From: Cytophagaceae bacterium
Lineage (GTDB): Bacteria > Bacteroidota > Bacteroidia > Cytophagales > Cytophagaceae
Direction of reading: 5' to 3'
NCBI GenBank assembly: GCA_035535995.1
Contig: DATLOZ010000012.1
Coordinates: 62,326 to 86,325 of the forward strand
Length of the DNA stretch: 24,000 nucleotides
Position 1 is the first letter of the stretch; the number at the start of each line of letters is the position of its first letter. This document shows positions 21,118-24,000 of this stretch, in pieces. A model generated the notes under the pieces. The model did no database searches. It was not told the DNA's origin and was given only the letters and a program-made list of their open reading frames with translations. The position numbers were made by a program, and so were the translations under genes.

Positions 21118-24000
21118 ATGAAAAACCAATACGACCTATCCTTCCTGGACGAGCTCGACAAGCTAAATCCTGATCAGCGGTCTGCGGTGGAGCAGATCGA
21201 TGGGCCAGTGCTTGTTATCGCCGGACCTGGTACAGGGAAGACGCAGATCCTTTCTGCGCGCATTGGTAAAATTCTTTCAGACACTGATACCAAACCTCAT
21301 AATATTCTTTGTCTCACCTACACAGACGCCGGTACAGTAGCGATGCGCAAGCGTTTGCTGAAATTCATCGGGCCGGATGCGTATCGTGTCAATATTTATA
21401 CCTTCCACGCTTTTTGCAACCAGGTGATCCAGGAAAACCTGGATATCTTTGGCATTCGTGGCTTGCAGCCTATCTCCGATCTAGAAAAAGCAGAATTGTT
21501 TGAAAAACTGATCGACGGTTTTAATTCTAAACATATTCTCAAGCGCTATTCCGGCGATGTATATTATGAGATCGGAAAATTAAAATCGCTTTTCTCTACC
21601 ATGAAACGAGAAGGCTGGTCTTCCGATTTTATTTCAAAAAAAATTAACGAGTATACTCAGTCGCTTTCTACGCGCGACGAATACATTTACAAAAAAGGAA
21701 ATTCCAAAACAGGCATCAAGGCCGGCGATCTGAAAGTAAAAGCCATTGAAGAGGAAACCGAACGCATGGAAAAACTCCGCGCCGCTGCGCAGGAGTTTGA
21801 TAATTTTGAAACGCTCATGCGCAAGGCAGGACGCTACGACTACGACGATATGATCATCTGGGTACTCGATGCGTTTCGTACTAATCCAAATTTATTGGCC
21901 AGTTACCAGGAACGTTTTCTCTACATCCTTGTAGACGAATACCAGGATACCAACGGAGCGCAAAACCAGATCGTAAATCTCCTTGCCGCTTATTGGGACA
22001 GCCCGAATATTTTTGTAGTAGGCGACGACGATCAATCGATCTACCGCTTCCAGGGCGCGAATATGAGCAATATACTCGACTTCAACGATCGCTTTGCCGA
22101 ATCAATTAAGATTGTGCTGCTCAAAGAAAATTATCGCTCCACACAACCAATTCTCGACGCTTCCAAAACACTTATTGAATACAACCACGAGCGGTTGATC
22201 AAAAAATTGCCTGGATTGGATAAAAATCTTCAGGCGGGGAATAAAGAACTTACCAGCAAATCAGCCGTGCCGCAGGTGATTGAATATTACAATACACTGC
22301 ACGAAGAACTGGCCATTGTAAAACGCATCCAGGAGCTACAGGCCGCAGGCGAAGATCCAAGCGAGATCGCTGTGATCTATCGGAGTCATAAGCAGGTTGA
22401 TAATATTGTAAAGCTTCTTCAGAAAAATAATATTCCGCTCAACGTAAAAAGAAAAGTAAATATTCTTTTGCTCCCGATCATCCAAAACCTGATCAAGCTA
22501 CTGCGCTATATTGAAGAAGAAGTAAACTATCCTGATAGTGCCGGTTATTCGTTGCTCTATGAGATCATGCACATAGATTTCTTTGGTATTTACCACCAGG
22601 ACATCAACGCCATCGTGCGCGCCTGCGATGTGCGTGAGAATGCGGAAGGCACGCGAAAATCCTGGCGGCTGCTAATGCAGAGCAACGAACGCATGTTCAA
22701 GCTGGGACTGCAAAATGCAAAAGCCATTTCTACCTTCGAACAAAATCTTAGCTATTGGATCAAAGAATCGGTAAACATGACCGTGCAGGGATTGTTTGAA
22801 AAAATACTTACCCGTGGCGGTTTGCTCAGCTGGATCATGACTTCTACCGACCGTATCTGGATGATGCAGGTCATCACAACTTTTTTCGATTTCATCAAAG
22901 AAGAATCTGCAAGAAAAGTTGGTTACTATCATCTGAACGATTTGCTTCAAACACTCGACCAGATGCAGTACCACGATATTCCGATGGAAATCAATCAATC
23001 GGTGTTTGCAGAGCATGGCGTGAATTTTATCACTGCGCACTCTTCGAAAGGATTGGAGTTTAAATATGTTTTTCTTATCGGCTGTAGCAGCAACCAATGG
23101 GAGCGCAAGCGCGCAGGCGGGGATCATTTCAAATTTCCGGATACTCTTGTGGAATCGGTGGAAGAAAATAAACTGGAAGAAGAGCGTCGCCTCTTTTATG
23201 TAGCGATGACCAGGGCCAAGCAATATCTCTACCTTTCTTATCCCGGCAACGATGAGAATGGAAAAAATCTCGAAGCTTCGCAATTTGTAGCCGAAGTACT
23301 CGAGAGTGACCAGATCGAAAAAACAACCGTCACGCTGCCAGACAATGAAGTGGTGCAATATCAATCCGATATCATGCTCAGCCAGGCACCTCCGGAGATC
23401 AAGCTGATGGACGAAGAGTTTTTGAAAGAAGCGCTGAAAAATTACAAGATGAGCGTAACGCATCTTAATAAATATCTCAACTGTCCGCTACGTTTTTATT
23501 TTGAAAACGTAGTGCGTGTACCTTCTGCGCGTAGCGAAAGCATGGGCTTTGGGAATGCCGTACACCACGCCATGGATCAGCTGTTCAAGAAGATGAACGA
23601 ATCGCAGGAAAAAGAATTTCCTCCACTGGAATATTTCCTCAGTTCTTTCCATTTTGGCATGAAGATGTATCATTCGCATTTTACCAAAAAAGAATACGAG
23701 CGTCGCAAAGAATACGGCGAAGAATTTTTACCAAAACTTTACAGCGAATACAAAGCCGGTTGGAATAAGAACGTAATCACCGAATATGCCGTCAATGGCG
23801 CAGAATACGAGGGCGTGCCGATCACAGGAAAACTCGACAAGGTAGAATTTGAAAGCAAGAACGAGGTAAATGTGATTGATTACAAAACTGGCAAAGCTGA
23901 CAATGGAAAGAAAAAACTAAACCCTCCAAGCGAAAAAGAACCGAATGGCGGCGATTACTGGCGACAAATTTTATTCTACAAAATATTGCTCGATAGTGAC
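21118..24000 (+). CDS. UvrD/PcrA-like superfamily 1 helicase with C-terminal PD-(D/E)XK (RecB-type) nuclease domain, 3' end beyond window
   Basis: Not in the ORF track because no stop lies in the window; I read it in frame from ATG 21118. Motifs found are AGPGTGKT (Walker A), VDEYQDTN (motif II), GDDDQSIYRFQGA, HSSKGLEF and EERRLFYVAMTRAK. Near the end, GKLDKVEF...VNVIDYKTGK...YWRQILFYK gives the nuclease D...(D/E)xK and QxxxY motifs. Confidence 0.9.
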   Translation, partial: MKNQYDLSFLDELDKLNPDQRSAVEQIDGPVLVIAGPGTGKTQILSARIGKILSDTDTKPHNILCLTYTDAGTVAMRKRLLKFIGPDAYRVNIYTFHAFCNQVIQENLDIFGIRGLQPISDLEKAELFEKLIDGFNSKHILKRYSGDVYYEIGKLKSLFSTMKREGWSSDFISKKINEYTQSLSTRDEYIYKKGNSKTGIKAGDLKVKAIEEETERMEKLRAAAQEFDNFETLMRKAGRYDYDDMIIWVLDAFRTNPNLLASYQERFLYILVDEYQDTNGAQNQIVNLLAAYWDSPNIFVVGDDDQSIYRFQGANMSNILDFNDRFAESIKIVLLKENYRSTQPILDASKTLIEYNHERLIKKLPGLDKNLQAGNKELTSKSAVPQVIEYYNTLHEELAIVKRIQELQAAGEDPSEIAVIYRSHKQVDNIVKLLQKNNIPLNVKRKVNILLLPIIQNLIKLLRYIEEEVNYPDSAGYSLLYEIMHIDFFGIYHQDINAIVRACDVRENAEGTRKSWRLLMQSNERMFKLGLQNAKAISTFEQNLSYWIKESVNMTVQGLFEKILTRGGLLSWIMTSTDRIWMMQVITTFFDFIKEESARKVGYYHLNDLLQTLDQMQYHDIPMEINQSVFAEHGVNFITAHSSKGLEFKYVFLIGCSSNQWERKRAGGDHFKFPDTLVESVEENKLEEERRLFYVAMTRAKQYLYLSYPGNDENGKNLEASQFVAEVLESDQIEKTTVTLPDNEVVQYQSDIMLSQAPPEIKLMDEEFLKEALKNYKMSVTHLNKYLNCPLRFYFENVVRVPSARSESMGFGNAVHHAMDQLFKKMNESQEKEFPPLEYFLSSFHFGMKMYHSHFTKKEYERRKEYGEEFLPKLYSEYKAGWNKNVITEYAVNGAEYEGVPITGKLDKVEFESKNEVNVIDYKTGKADNGKKKLNPPSEKEPNGGDYWRQILFYKILLDSD

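Noticed and set aside
22672-23463. 263-aa ORF on the minus strand
   Set aside because: It is entirely antisense to the helicase gene, whose canonical motifs (HSSKGLEF, EERRLFYVAMTRAK) are encoded on the plus strand here. Its sequence is low-complexity and His/Phe-rich with no recognisable motif. It is a shadow ORF.
10925-24000. Clustering of polA, nth, uvrA and a helicase-nuclease as a dedicated repair island
   Set aside because: All are universal housekeeping genes on mixed strands, separated by unrelated genes. Without comparative data the clustering may be chance, so it is mentioned only as context for the sigma-factor finding.

Overview
This 24-kb chromosomal segment reads like a Bacteroidota genome. 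That is an inference from gene content (lemA/TPM operon, 7TMR-DISM receptor, DUF3667) and exact TAnnTTTG -7 boxes. I saw no rRNA, tRNA, CRISPR array or intact mobile element. About 25 protein genes are supportable. In order: a GspG-like membrane protein (-); lemA plus three TPM-domain genes; a membrane/coiled-coil protein translationally coupled to a Crp/Fnr regulator; a 7TMR-DISM receptor with an IS1595-type zinc-ribbon C-terminus; a compact DUF3667-YHS-DoxX-YceI-DinB-NRDE gene string; polA (-); a small accessory islet (44-aa ORF plus minimal nucleotidyltransferase, then higBA) between polA and nth; an ECF-type sigma factor with an overlapping small acidic ORF; uvrA; a PaaI-type thioesterase; and a UvrD-like helicase with a PD-(D/E)XK nuclease tail that runs off the window end. 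The intergenic DNA is heavily structured. It holds a five-locus family of palindromes built from tandem heptamers (RGATRCC), a 28-bp perfect palindrome family, a hairpin repeat bracketing higBA, twin TTGCTGGCG/CGCCAGCAA palindromes between the sigma gene and uvrA, and a three-hairpin block after uvrA. The best candidates for something undescribed are the 7TM receptor fused to a transposase-derived DNA-binding module, the orphan nucleotidyltransferase pair in the polA-nth islet, and the heptamer-based repeat family. All protein calls rest on my reading of motifs in the supplied translations; no database search was possible.
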